Shown one piece after another: positions 49,208 to 59,722 of a DNA stretch of 64,000 bases. A model generated the notes under the pieces. It saw nothing but the letters and a program-made list of their open reading frames with translations, ran no database searches and was not told the origin of the DNA. Positions within the stretch are counted from its first letter, which is position 1. The number at the start of each line of letters is the position of its first letter. The stretch lies in assembly GCA_964390725.1 (NCBI GenBank), contig CAYMIW010000008.1:13829-77828 (forward strand), given 5' to 3'. A program made the position numbers and the translations under genes. Source of the DNA: an uncultured Syntrophomonadaceae bacterium. GTDB lineage: Bacteria; Bacillota; Dethiobacteria; DTU022.

Positions 49208-49239
49208 GAAAAGCTCTGCCAAAAGTGGCAGAGCTTTTT
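49208..49239 (+). terminator. Rho-independent terminator after tRNA-Val (AAAAGCTCTGCCA / TGGCAGAGCTTTT)
   Basis: 13-bp stem ending in a T-tract, seen directly. Confidence 0.85.
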
Positions 49240-49263
49240 ATCCGGCAACACTTCCTTAACTAA

Positions 49264-50607
49264 TTAGATCCGCCACATATCAGCAATATTATCGAAAGTC
49301 TCTACTTTACTGATTGATTGCAGCCAAGCTTCAATTTTTGAAGCCGGTAACAGTTTCGCTGATAAACGGCGAAATTTCGCATGCAGAGCATCAAGACCAA
49401 CTTTATTTTCCGGATCGCCCCGGGGAAAATCAGTTTGTTCGTGGTCAACAGTGCCGTTGCGTAAGATAACATTAAGCTTGGCTGCCCATTTCTGGGGGTA
49501 ATGTGCATCAAGCAGGGGATCAATTTCTACGGTGCAATGACTCATCAATTCTTCGAGTATTGGATCGTGCAGCCTTTCTTCCGTAAAATCATTTATTCCC
49601 ACGTGACCATATACCAGAGCGGTAGAAACACAAAATGGCAAACTAAACTTGGCCTCGTATATTGTTTCCGGGAATGGCTCACCAACTAGATCCCTTGCAA
49701 CTGAATAAGTTTGAATACGCAACAGCTCTATATCTTCCGGTTTAAGTCCCTTCTCCCTTAACCTCAACCCCAGGTCTATTGCCGCATGGGTATGACGGGT
49801 AGATGCATATAGCCTGAAGCTGATCTGCATGATCTTAAATTCGCTACCCAGACTTTCTACAATTTTTTCCATCTTTGCCTTGGGAGCAAAAACCCTCAGG
49901 AATCCTTTTTCCCCGGAGAGAATTGTTTTCGTGCTTGTATATCCTCCTGCAGCGAGCATTGCCGAAAACAGGCCATTCTGAGCTGCCTTACTGGCATGTA
50001 GAGGTTTACTCATCATCCCTTCGGGGCTGTAGTGCAGTTCCATCAACCCTGCCGCCTGGGTACCGGCATGTCCAAGGGCATAAATCAGCTGATCTTCATC
50101 GAGACCCATAACTTTTCCCGCAGCAATAGCAGCAGCGAAAGTTCCGCATGTCCCCGTTGTATGCCAGTAGTTATAGTGTGTAGGAGTCATAGCTTCAGCT
50201 ATGCGAATACCAACCTCGTAACCAACTACAATAGCAGTGATTAGATCTTTGCCCGAAGCGCCAACTTTTTCAGCTGCAGCAAGAGCAGCCGGTATGATCG
50301 GAGAGCCGGGGCGTAGAATTGAACTTCGATGAAGATCATCTAGTTCAAGAGAATGAGCGTAAAGACCATTGCCAAGAGCAGCATTTAATGCAGGCACCTT
50401 CTCTTTACGGCCAATTAAAACTGCCTGGGAAGAACCTCCCGCTTCTTCAATAATTTCTGTAACAACATGACCCGGTAAGGCAGTTGCCCCGGCGCAGGCT
50501 GCACCAACAAGATCAAGAAGGCATACCTTGGCCTGCTTTATCACTTCTTTAGGTAGTTTTTCATAACTAATTTCACGTGCAAACCTGGCCAGTTCCTGTT
50601 CTATCAT
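49264..50607 (-). CDS. MmgE/PrpD-family protein (2-methylcitrate dehydratase-like fold). Start moved to the internal MIEQELARF.
   Basis: N-terminal and C-terminal MmgE/PrpD regions (KVCLLDLVGAACAG...). It lies 65 nt downstream of the five-gene antiporter-like operon on the same strand. Confidence 0.75.
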   Translation of the reverse strand: MIEQELARFAREISYEKLPKEVIKQAKVCLLDLVGAACAGATALPGHVVTEIIEEAGGSSQAVLIGRKEKVPALNAALGNGLYAHSLELDDLHRSSILRPGSPIIPAALAAAEKVGASGKDLITAIVVGYEVGIRIAEAMTPTHYNYWHTTGTCGTFAAAIAAGKVMGLDEDQLIYALGHAGTQAAGLMELHYSPEGMMSKPLHASKAAQNGLFSAMLAAGGYTSTKTILSGEKGFLRVFAPKAKMEKIVESLGSEFKIMQISFRLYASTRHTHAAIDLGLRLREKGLKPEDIELLRIQTYSVARDLVGEPFPETIYEAKFSLPFCVSTALVYGHVGINDFTEERLHDPILEELMSHCTVEIDPLLDAHYPQKWAAKLNVILRNGTVDHEQTDFPRGDPENKVGLDALHAKFRRLSAKLLPASKIEAWLQSISKVETFDNIADMWRI

Positions 50608-50699
50608 GCGAATACTTCCCTTCTTTCTGAACATAAACTTACTGTTTCATTATTTATATATTCTTTTCGTACCTTTATACTCCTGCATCTGTATTACCT

Positions 50700-52883
50700 C
50701 TATGTAAAAAGATGGAGCGACATGATTATTATCAACATGATGAAAAAAACGAGCAGGTAATATTCAAAATTTGCAGTATTTACTAATAGATAAAATCGTC
50801 CCTCATGTTTGTAATCCAACTGAAACAAAAAGTTAAAAATACCCATAAAAAACTTCTTTGTAATAAGGAAAAAACGACGCAAAGCAAAAAGCCAGTACTG
50901 ATAGATATTGTTGAATAATCTCGATGAATATCTGGCCAGTTCACTAAATACTTCACTGTTGTTCTCCAAAGTGCTGATCCTGTAACTGAGCTTTTTTAAT
51001 GGGACCATGGTATCAACAACCAGGTAATCTGCTGACGAATCAAGAACCTTACCACCGATACAGTAATATTTTAGCAGGCAAGTACTTCTGATAAACCCTG
51101 TATCAACAGCATATTCCAGGGCTCTTCCGCTTCCTGTAAAGATTGCCTTGAAAAAGGCTACCAGCGGGCGGTAAACCAAGCTTTCTATACTCAGCCGCGC
51201 CGGTAACTTTATCTCAAATAATTTAAACCTCACGGCCAGGTAAAAGAATAATGCGGCAACAGCTACCACACCGGCCATACCCATCAGGTCGTGACTATCC
51301 CAAAAGTTAACTTTCAATAAATAATTATAATAGTATTCTTCAAAGTTAAATACCTGCACTACCGGAGCAACAATTTTTTTCAAAACCAGGAATGGGTTGG
51401 TTCCAATGAATAGTATAACCAGGCCGATGACAACAAATACAATTTTTTCATTCCAGGTTTCTTTACCTTTTACCTGGAGCTTGTCCGGTCTATGACCCAG
51501 GAATATTGAGCTAAACAGGCGGGCAATGTAACAGGTCGTCAAAACGCCTGTCAGCATAAAAATTCGTTCAGCCAAATAAAGGCTGTACTGTTGATGATGT
51601 TCAAAAGCTTCAACAATGGCATGGTGCAGCAACACCTTACTGGTATAACCATTTAACCCCGGTATACCGGCAATACCCATGGCCGCCAGTAGAAATACTA
51701 CTGCAGTGACCGGAAATTCACGCCAGAGACCACCCATTTTTTTTATATCAATTTCTCCCGTCCGGAAGTAAACAGCACCGACCATCATGAACATACCAGC
51801 CTTGAAAAAAGCATGGTTAACCACATGCAGGGTAAAACCGCCCATGGCCATGGGCCCTTCCAGCCCCAAATAAGCACAAACCCCAATTCCCATTAGAATA
51901 TAGCCCATCTGGCTCACGCTGCTGTATGCCAGTATTCTTTTTGCATTGGTCTGAAAAAGAGCAATAAATGCAGCAACAAACATAGTTAAAATTCCAAACC
52001 AGATGATGATGTAACCAAAGTGGGCAGTATATTCCCAGAGTGTTTTTACTTCAGCCTCTGCCGGGATAAAAAGGACATTCACAACACGCAATATGCCATA
52101 TGCTCCAGTTTTGATCATGATCCCTGAAAGAAGGGCACTGGCAGGTGACGGGGCCACCGGATGAGCTTTTGGTAACCAGATATGCAGGGGGACCATTCCA
52201 GCTTTTATCCCAAAACCGATAATTAACAATACAGCTATCACACTATGAAGAGGTATTCTGAGCAACGCTTCCAAAGACGGTGTTATTAAAACGGAACCGG
52301 TATACCAGTAGATAATTATAGAAGCAGTCAAAATGCAAAGACCGCCAAATATTCCCAAAAACAGGTATAGTTTGCCTGCGCTTGAAGCTTCCCCGGTCTG
52401 CGTGTGCACAACGAGCATATATGATGCTATTGACATCATTTCAAAAAAGAAAAATAGACTGAATAGGTCACCGGTTAAGAAAACGCCCAGGCAACCCCCC
52501 AGGGTTAACAAGTAAAAGGTATAATAACGATTTCTGCGTTTCTCATGGGTCATGTAGGAAAGAGAAAAAAGTGAAGCCAAAAACCAGATCAACGAAGATA
52601 AGAAATTAAAGAGAGCGCCAAGCCGGTCGACTTTAAAATACAGTGGGATATCACCAAAGCCAATCCTGTAATGGTTAACCACCACTTCTTCCCAGCTTCC
52701 ACGAAGCAGGATTAAAGAAAACAGACAAACCAAGCCAGTGAGCAAAACAACAAACCAGTCCCTGTACTTATCAGAAAACCTGCCAACAATAGCCGAAATC
52801 CCCGCCCCGGCTATGGGGATAAGTACAATTATCAGGGGCAAAAGGTTGACAACATGCTGATAACTTAACGGAGATTCATTCAT
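50700..52883 (-). CDS. NuoL/MrpA/MrpD-family proton-conducting antiporter-like subunit, long form (727 aa) with a ~230-aa C-terminal extension
   Basis: N-terminal ~480 aa carry the complex-I antiporter-module motifs (LHIWLPKAHPVAPSPASALLSG...TLHVVNHAFFKAGMF). The C-terminal extension has no recognised domain. Confidence 0.8.
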   Translation of the reverse strand: MNESPLSYQHVVNLLPLIIVLIPIAGAGISAIVGRFSDKYRDWFVVLLTGLVCLFSLILLRGSWEEVVVNHYRIGFGDIPLYFKVDRLGALFNFLSSLIWFLASLFSLSYMTHEKRRNRYYTFYLLTLGGCLGVFLTGDLFSLFFFFEMMSIASYMLVVHTQTGEASSAGKLYLFLGIFGGLCILTASIIIYWYTGSVLITPSLEALLRIPLHSVIAVLLIIGFGIKAGMVPLHIWLPKAHPVAPSPASALLSGIMIKTGAYGILRVVNVLFIPAEAEVKTLWEYTAHFGYIIIWFGILTMFVAAFIALFQTNAKRILAYSSVSQMGYILMGIGVCAYLGLEGPMAMGGFTLHVVNHAFFKAGMFMMVGAVYFRTGEIDIKKMGGLWREFPVTAVVFLLAAMGIAGIPGLNGYTSKVLLHHAIVEAFEHHQQYSLYLAERIFMLTGVLTTCYIARLFSSIFLGHRPDKLQVKGKETWNEKIVFVVIGLVILFIGTNPFLVLKKIVAPVVQVFNFEEYYYNYLLKVNFWDSHDLMGMAGVVAVAALFFYLAVRFKLFEIKLPARLSIESLVYRPLVAFFKAIFTGSGRALEYAVDTGFIRSTCLLKYYCIGGKVLDSSADYLVVDTMVPLKKLSYRISTLENNSEVFSELARYSSRLFNNIYQYWLFALRRFFLITKKFFMGIFNFLFQLDYKHEGRFYLLVNTANFEYYLLVFFIMLIIIMSLHLFT

Positions 52884-52967
52884 CGAACTGCTGCTCCCTC
52901 ATGCCAGATAATATGTTTGTTCAAACCGGCATTAAGTGCAATTATAGCTGAATAGACGGGAATTTGT

Positions 52968-54527
52968 CTACATGCTGAATAACGACCTTGCAGCTGCCAG
53001 GGCCAGCTCCCAGGCCCAGTTCACCGGCATCAGGGCAAAAGCAAAACAGCCGATAGCCAGTAAACCCATCGGTATAACCATGTGCCAGGGAGCCTCCAGA
53101 CCCAGCCTCCCACCGTAGCAGAGGTGATCATCCGCTTCCTGTCCATGATCATTTTCGCTACAACCATCATCAGTTACACTTTCGTGATCATGATGTGAAT
53201 CCTTCTCCCCGGGGAAAAATGCTGCAATGACAATTGGAAAATAGTAAGCAGCATTCAGCAGGCTGCTGACTATTAATATAGCGACAAAAACAGGCTGCCC
53301 TGCTTCCAGCGAAGCCAGCGAAAGCTGCCACTTGCTGATAAACCCGTTAAAAGGAGGTATTCCGACCATAGCTAAAGAGGCAATTGTGAAAAAGACCATG
53401 GTCAGGGGCATTTTAAGACCAATTCCTTTCATCTGACTTATATTGCGAATTCCTGTCCGGACAATAATTGCCCCGGCACATAAAAAGAGAAGCCCTTTCA
53501 TGAAAGCGTGAGTAAAAAGGTGATATAATCCACCGGTCAACCCACTCTGATTCAGCAGAAATATTCCAAGGATTATATAGCCGATCTGGGCGATGCTTGA
53601 ATAAGCCAAGCGTCGTTTTAAGTCATCCTGGAGCAGAGCCATGGCTGATCCCAATAAAATAGTAATCGCAGCAATAATTAGCATCACCGTGTCCCAGTTT
53701 GCCCTGCTGATGAAATCCGGGCTGTAAACATTAAAAATCACCCTGATCATTCCGTAAATACCGGTTTTAAGCATTATTCCGGAGAGAGCGGCACTGACCG
53801 GTGAAGGGGCAGCAGGGTGAGCATCCGGGAGCCAGACATGAACGGGAAACATCCCGGCTTTAAGACCAAAACCAAGCATAAAAGCCACGAAAGCAACTGT
53901 GGCTAACCCTGAAGGTTCAGTTATTAAACCGGGACGGGTAAAAACAACGGAACCGGTCAGATAAAAAGTTATCAGAAGGCCAAAAAATACCGACAGCCCA
54001 CCACCCACAGTCATGTACAAGTACTTGCCTGCAGCAAACATGGTAACCGGTGTTTCTTCATGGGCAATCAGTACGTAGGTGGTCAGGGCCATAAATTCGA
54101 AGAAAAGGAAGAGTCCAAGCAGGTCGCCGGCAAAAATGGTACCCATGCACCCGCCTTCAGCAAGAAGAAAGAAAGCGTAATATCGTTCCTTTTTATGTTC
54201 GTGGGCCATATAACCCGGTGAAAAACAGGCAGCCATAAACCAGACAAAGGAAAAAAATATACCAAGGAAAAATGTGAGCTGATCCACTTTAAATGATATC
54301 GAAAAGGGAAATGAAAAGTATTGGAATAACCCGAGCAGAATCTTCCCTTCCCTGATTGCCGGGTACATGCTGAGAACAAGTAAAAAAAACAGCCCCGTAA
54401 CCCCTATACAAATATACTCTTTATAGGAATATAACCTTTCTGAAAAAAAGAATAATAAAATACCGGAAATTATCGGTACAAAAATGATGATAGCCGGTAA
54501 AAAAGTATAAACAACCTCGTATTCCAA
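52968..54527 (-). CDS. NuoN/NuoM/MrpD-family antiporter-like subunit (519 aa) with a His/Asp-rich C-terminal loop
   Basis: VHVWLPDAHPAAPSPVSAALSG and HLFTHAFMKGLLFLCAG motifs. The C-terminus carries DSHHDHESVTDDGCSENDHGQEADDH. Confidence 0.85.
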   Translation of the reverse strand: MEYEVVYTFLPAIIIFVPIISGILLFFFSERLYSYKEYICIGVTGLFFLLVLSMYPAIREGKILLGLFQYFSFPFSISFKVDQLTFFLGIFFSFVWFMAACFSPGYMAHEHKKERYYAFFLLAEGGCMGTIFAGDLLGLFLFFEFMALTTYVLIAHEETPVTMFAAGKYLYMTVGGGLSVFFGLLITFYLTGSVVFTRPGLITEPSGLATVAFVAFMLGFGLKAGMFPVHVWLPDAHPAAPSPVSAALSGIMLKTGIYGMIRVIFNVYSPDFISRANWDTVMLIIAAITILLGSAMALLQDDLKRRLAYSSIAQIGYIILGIFLLNQSGLTGGLYHLFTHAFMKGLLFLCAGAIIVRTGIRNISQMKGIGLKMPLTMVFFTIASLAMVGIPPFNGFISKWQLSLASLEAGQPVFVAILIVSSLLNAAYYFPIVIAAFFPGEKDSHHDHESVTDDGCSENDHGQEADDHLCYGGRLGLEAPWHMVIPMGLLAIGCFAFALMPVNWAWELALAAARSLFSM

Positions 54528-54572
54528 AACAGCTCACCTCCGGTAAATATCAGGCGGCAATAAAACCCAACT

Positions 54573-56048
54573 CTAAAAATATAACTGAGCAATAGCCCTG
54601 GCCAAACTCAGTGGCCAGTTATAAGGCATAATGGTAAAAATAAATGCTCCGGCAGCAAAAATCAACAGCGGCACCATGCGCAATGGTTGCAGGCGTAATC
54701 TCTGCCGTTCTATATTTTGCAGCTCTCTGCACCCCAAAAAAGCATTAATCGAAATTGGAAAATAATAAGAAGCATTTAAAATACTGCTGAGAAGTAATAC
54801 CAGTATTATTGCCGGCATCCCAGCCTCAATGGCACCAAGTCCAAGATGCCATTTCGATACAAAAAGATTAAACGGCGGTATTCCAACAGAACTCACAGCA
54901 GCTATAGTAAAAGCCAGCATGGTAACCGGCATCTGCATACCAATACCTTTCATTTCACTGATTTTTGTTTTACCTGTATTAACATATATTACTCCGGCAC
55001 ATAAAAACATACAGCCCTTCATAAAGGCATGCGCCATTATATGGTAAACAGTACCAACCAAGGCCATTTCAGTTACCAGGGCTAACCCCAGTAAAATGTA
55101 GCCTACCTGGGCAATTCCAGAGTATGCTAACCGCCGGTTTAAATCATCCTGGGCAAAAGCACATATTGAACCATAAAGCATGCTGATTATAGCTAAAACC
55201 AGTAAAATGTTATTCCAGCCTGTTTCCTGGATAACAGTCAGACCAAAGATATCATGAAAAACCCTGATTAAACCAAGAACCCCTGTTTTTAGCATTATTA
55301 CCGAAGATATAGTAGCAGCCGGAGTAGGGGCAGCTGCATAAGCATCCGGCATCCAGATATGAAGTGGAATTACAGCTGATTTTATCCCGAAAGCAATCAG
55401 GTAACATACAAATGCTACTGCCAACACTGGTTCTCCCTCTGTAACAAGGCCACCCAAGCCAAAGGCCAGGCTGCCGGTAGTTGTATAAGTTATAACAACA
55501 GCCCAGAAAAGAGCCACCCCGGAGATTATTGTCATAAAGAAAAACTTCAAACCGGCTCTGTATGCCCCCGGGTTTGATTTATAGGCAACAAGTGGAACGA
55601 AGGAAAGCGACATCAACTCAAAGAAGAGAAAGAAAGTGAGCATATTACCACTCATTGAAACTCCCAGGCAACCACTGATGGCTATTAGCATGAAATAGAA
55701 AAATACTTTTCCTTCTTGTTTGTTTTTATAATAACCAATTGTATAGATAATGATTATGACACTTAAAAAAGAGAACAAAAGCAACATATACATGGACAAC
55801 AGGTCAATCCTGAATTCAATACCGGCAGGGGGCAGTAAATTAATTAGAAGGTAAACTATTTTGCCTGATGAAACACCGGGATACAGCAAAGCGGCAAACA
55901 AAAGTGGTAAAGTTACCGATCCGATGATGGCACCATTGCGCCATTCAGAACGGTAACGATCAGCAAACATCGCTCCCACTGCTCCAACCAGAGGAAACAG
56001 AAAAATCAGGGCTGGTATAATAGAGACTACGATTTGATTATGCTGCAA
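54573..56048 (-). CDS. NuoN/NuoM/MrpD-family antiporter-like subunit (491 aa)
   Basis: LHIWMPDAYAAAPTPAATISSV and HIMAHAFMKGCMFLCAG motifs. Confidence 0.85.
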   Translation of the reverse strand: MQHNQIVVSIIPALIFLFPLVGAVGAMFADRYRSEWRNGAIIGSVTLPLLFAALLYPGVSSGKIVYLLINLLPPAGIEFRIDLLSMYMLLLFSFLSVIIIIYTIGYYKNKQEGKVFFYFMLIAISGCLGVSMSGNMLTFFLFFELMSLSFVPLVAYKSNPGAYRAGLKFFFMTIISGVALFWAVVITYTTTGSLAFGLGGLVTEGEPVLAVAFVCYLIAFGIKSAVIPLHIWMPDAYAAAPTPAATISSVIMLKTGVLGLIRVFHDIFGLTVIQETGWNNILLVLAIISMLYGSICAFAQDDLNRRLAYSGIAQVGYILLGLALVTEMALVGTVYHIMAHAFMKGCMFLCAGVIYVNTGKTKISEMKGIGMQMPVTMLAFTIAAVSSVGIPPFNLFVSKWHLGLGAIEAGMPAIILVLLLSSILNASYYFPISINAFLGCRELQNIERQRLRLQPLRMVPLLIFAAGAFIFTIMPYNWPLSLARAIAQLYF

Positions 56049-56063
56049 CCACTATCACCCCTT

Positions 56064-57557
56064 TTACTGCGAAAATACGGATCTTACCACCGTTTCGATA
56101 AACGGAATACTGGTATGGTCGGCAAAAAGACCCAGGATAATTGCAAGCCCGGCTAGGATCAATGTTGGCACCAGCATGGTTAATGGTGCCTCATAACCAG
56201 GCTTCTTTACAAAGTCACCCTTCTTGAAAAAGGCATTTACAATAATCGGCAGATAATATATTGCATTAAGCAGCGTGCTGCCCAGGATAATATAACCATA
56301 AATTGGCATTCCGGATGCCAATGCTCCGGTTAAAATGTAATATTTGCTTACGTACCCCACAATTGGCGTAACGCCCATCAGGCCAAGCGCACCAATGGCA
56401 AAAGCCAGCATGGTCAGGGGCATCTGTCTGCCTATACCGTTCATCTGGTTTAAATCTTTCTTGCCGGTAACTGTTATGATCATTCCCGCACAAAAAAACA
56501 GGGTTATTTTTAGAATGGCGTGATTAATAATATGGATTAAACCACCAAGAGCACCTATCGGGTGGAGCATCAACACTCCAAGAGTAATATAACCCAGCTG
56601 CCCTATAGTTGAATAAGCAAGGCGCAGTTTTAAGACAGTCTGTTTTATCGCCATCAGTGACCCGACTATAATTGTAAAACAAACGAATACGGCCAAAACA
56701 TTAGTTACGTTAAGTCCGGATAATACTTCCGGGCTGTAGATAGAGAAGAAAACCCTGGCTATACCAAAAACTCCGGCTTTGACTATAGCAACAGCATGCA
56801 ATAAGGCACTGACCGGCGTCGGGGCAACCATAGCCCCGGGCAGCCAGGAGTGCAGCGGCATTAATGCCGCCTTGGTTCCAAAACCGGCAATCAGCAGGGC
56901 AAAAATAACTGTTATAAAAACGCTGTTCTCAGAGGCAACTGCGCTGAGAATTCCTCCAGGCATAAATTCAAGAGTTCCAACCAGATCATGAATCATAAAA
57001 ATTGATAAAAACACCAGGGCCCCACCGCCAAGGCTGTAACTGATATATTTAATTCCGGCTTTAACTGACTCTGGTGTTCCGGCATGCACAACCAGGGGAT
57101 AAGTACAAATGGCAAGATACTCGTAAAAAATATAAAAAGTAAAGAGATTACCGGCAAAAGCAACCCCCATGGCAGCGCTGCAGGATAAAACAAAAAAAAC
57201 AAAATAATTACGCTGGCTGTGTTCATGCTCCATGTAGCCAATCGAATAAACTGTGGCAAATATCCAGAGGGTGGAAGATACAATAGCAAATACCATACCC
57301 AGTGAATCAACTTTGAAGAATATTCCCAATCCGTCAAGGAAACTCAACACGCTAATCTGGATGTCTTCCCCAGCCATAACAGCAGGGAACATAGAAGCAA
57401 CTGCAATAAAAACTATAGATACGGTTACCAGAGATACCAGGTGCCGAAGGTTAGCTTTTTCTTCATCCAAAAAGCGAATGATTAAAGCACCGATAATTGG
57501 TATGACAACTGCAATTATTGGTTGTGGATAACCCAGGGTCAAGTAAATCTCCTCCAC
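56064..57557 (-). CDS. NuoN/NuoM/MrpD-family antiporter-like subunit (497 aa)
   Basis: LHSWLPGAMVAPTPVSALLHA and HIINHAILKITLFFCAG motifs. Confidence 0.85.
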   Translation of the reverse strand: MEEIYLTLGYPQPIIAVVIPIIGALIIRFLDEEKANLRHLVSLVTVSIVFIAVASMFPAVMAGEDIQISVLSFLDGLGIFFKVDSLGMVFAIVSSTLWIFATVYSIGYMEHEHSQRNYFVFFVLSCSAAMGVAFAGNLFTFYIFYEYLAICTYPLVVHAGTPESVKAGIKYISYSLGGGALVFLSIFMIHDLVGTLEFMPGGILSAVASENSVFITVIFALLIAGFGTKAALMPLHSWLPGAMVAPTPVSALLHAVAIVKAGVFGIARVFFSIYSPEVLSGLNVTNVLAVFVCFTIIVGSLMAIKQTVLKLRLAYSTIGQLGYITLGVLMLHPIGALGGLIHIINHAILKITLFFCAGMIITVTGKKDLNQMNGIGRQMPLTMLAFAIGALGLMGVTPIVGYVSKYYILTGALASGMPIYGYIILGSTLLNAIYYLPIIVNAFFKKGDFVKKPGYEAPLTMLVPTLILAGLAIILGLFADHTSIPFIETVVRSVFSQ

Positions 57558-57568
57558 TCAGATTAAAA

Positions 57569-59722
57569 CTATAGTAAAAACAACAGGCTGGTTGCCAGGA
57601 TAACACCGATCACTATTAAAACAATATATAAATCAAAATCAATGTTTGATATGTTAAAAGTCTGAAAGCGGCGGTCACCCCTGGTGCTGTAATCGAATTT
57701 AAACATTGCCATAAATATTTTTCGAAGGTAAGCGCCAGCCCTGCTAAATAATAGATTAATTATAACTAACCAGGACTCATGAATATAATTAAACATTGAA
57801 GACAACGTAATGATAAAAAAATAACCCATTCTATTAAAAAGGCGTGAATCAAGATCATCAGCACCACCAGCCGCCCGGACCAGCAGGGAAGGTGCTCCAT
57901 GAAATCCTTTATTCAGGTAATCATCTACAAACCTTCCTGCCCTGGTAAAGGTAAATCTTAAAACCTCGGTTGCAGGCCTGTAAAGTGTGTGTTCCACACT
58001 CAGGAAGTCAGGAGGCCTGATCAGGAATAAATCTTTCTTTCTGGCCAGCAGAAAAACAACAATCCCGATAAGCAATGCTATAATTATACCCATTAAATCA
58101 TCGATATTCCATACTATCGTCCTGGCAAGATAATTCACGTAATATTCGTTGTAAGTAAATACCGAAGACATGGGAACAATAATCTTATTAATGATCAAAT
58201 CCGGATTAAGGCCAAGGAATGTGATTATACCAATAAAGGATATGGCAATAAATCTCTCAATCAAGTTCTCCCCTGAATTATAATTTTCTATTTTTTTTGC
58301 ATTAACCGGTTTAATTTGTCCTCCAAAAATAGAAACAACCAGTTTGATTATATAGCATACCGTCAAGCCACTGGTTAACATAAACATCTTTTCGGCCGCC
58401 CAGAGATCCCAGAGGTGGTGGTGTTCAAAGGCTTCAACAATGGCATGGTGCAGTAAGGTTTTACTGACATAACCATTAAAGCCGGGAATACCTGTAATAC
58501 CGAAAGCGCAGACTAGAAAAGCGGTAAAAGTCAGTGGAAATTTTCGCCACAGCCCCCCTAACCTGTCCATATTCACTTCATGCAATCGTGTATAAATAAA
58601 ACCGAATAAAATAAAAAGTCCTGATTTGAAAAAGGCATGATTAATTATATGATAAGAAAAACCGCCAAAAGCCATGGCACCATCATACCCCAGGTAGCCT
58701 GCCGCACCGATACCCATTAAGATATAGCCCATCTGACTGATACTGCTGTAGGCAAGAAGCCTTTTGGCATTGTTTTGCAGTAAGGCCATCAGCGCCGCAA
58801 TAAACATGGTCAAAATACCCGCCCAGATAATAATATGACCCAGGTTTTCTGTAAAATGCCATAATGAGCTTTCAGCCATTTCACTTGTTGGACTATAGAG
58901 CATGGTTACTACCCGGATAATTCCATAAGCCCCGGTTTTAATCATAATACCGGAAAGCAAAGCACTCGCCGGCGCAGGTGCAACAGGATGAGCCTGGGGA
59001 AGCCAAATATGCAGGGGAATCATGCCCGCCTTTACCCCAAAACCGGCTATCATCAGCAGGGCAATCAGAGCAGCCTTGCCTCCGTCTGTCAGTAAAATCT
59101 GTGCCTGTTGAGTTATCGCTACTGAGCCTGTTACGCTGTTCAGTAATATAATTCCTGAAAGTAAAGCCAGTCCGCCGAGTAAACCCAGGTAAAGATAATT
59201 TGACCCTGCTTTTATTGCATCCGCAGTTTGATTATGAACAACAAGGGCATATGCAGCAAAAGTCATTAATTCAAAGAATAGAAAAAGACTCATGAAGTCG
59301 CCACACAAAAAAACACCTGCGCAGCCGCCAAGCGATAGAATTAAGAAAGTATAATAACGACCTTCCCTTAGATCTCCCCTTAAATAAGGCAGTGAAGCCA
59401 AAACAGCCAGCAACCAGATTAGCGCAGTAAAAAAAGTAAATACTGCGCCGGTCAGATCAACTCTCATAGAAACTGCCAGACCGGCTATGTCAGGAAGCCT
59501 GAACATTATGTTGTATCCCTGGAGAGCGAGCCGAAATAATTCAAAAGACAGGTAAAAGGTTAAGGTAGCAACAAATACGGCAATAACCTTTCCGCATGTT
59601 TTATTTCTCAAGCTCAATAAGCCAATGATCAACGACCCGATGATTGGTGTTAAAACAACAGCCAGGGGCAAGTAACTTACCATATATAGACCCTGTATCT
59701 GAATAATTAGGATATTTGCCAT
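57569..59722 (-). CDS. NuoL/MrpA/MrpD-family antiporter-like subunit, long form (717 aa from the internal MANILI start) with a ~230-aa C-terminal extension paralogous to that of 50700..52883
   Basis: LHIWLPQAHPVAPAPASALLSG and YHIINHAFFKSGLF motifs. C-terminal YRPATEVLRFTFTRAGRFVDDYLNKGF aligns with YRPLVAFFKAIFTGSGRALEYAVDTGF of the other long form. AGAGGGG RBS lies before the ATG at 59722. Confidence 0.8.
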   Translation of the reverse strand: MANILIIQIQGLYMVSYLPLAVVLTPIIGSLIIGLLSLRNKTCGKVIAVFVATLTFYLSFELFRLALQGYNIMFRLPDIAGLAVSMRVDLTGAVFTFFTALIWLLAVLASLPYLRGDLREGRYYTFLILSLGGCAGVFLCGDFMSLFLFFELMTFAAYALVVHNQTADAIKAGSNYLYLGLLGGLALLSGIILLNSVTGSVAITQQAQILLTDGGKAALIALLMIAGFGVKAGMIPLHIWLPQAHPVAPAPASALLSGIMIKTGAYGIIRVVTMLYSPTSEMAESSLWHFTENLGHIIIWAGILTMFIAALMALLQNNAKRLLAYSSISQMGYILMGIGAAGYLGYDGAMAFGGFSYHIINHAFFKSGLFILFGFIYTRLHEVNMDRLGGLWRKFPLTFTAFLVCAFGITGIPGFNGYVSKTLLHHAIVEAFEHHHLWDLWAAEKMFMLTSGLTVCYIIKLVVSIFGGQIKPVNAKKIENYNSGENLIERFIAISFIGIITFLGLNPDLIINKIIVPMSSVFTYNEYYVNYLARTIVWNIDDLMGIIIALLIGIVVFLLARKKDLFLIRPPDFLSVEHTLYRPATEVLRFTFTRAGRFVDDYLNKGFHGAPSLLVRAAGGADDLDSRLFNRMGYFFIITLSSMFNYIHESWLVIINLLFSRAGAYLRKIFMAMFKFDYSTRGDRRFQTFNISNIDFDLYIVLIVIGVILATSLLFLL

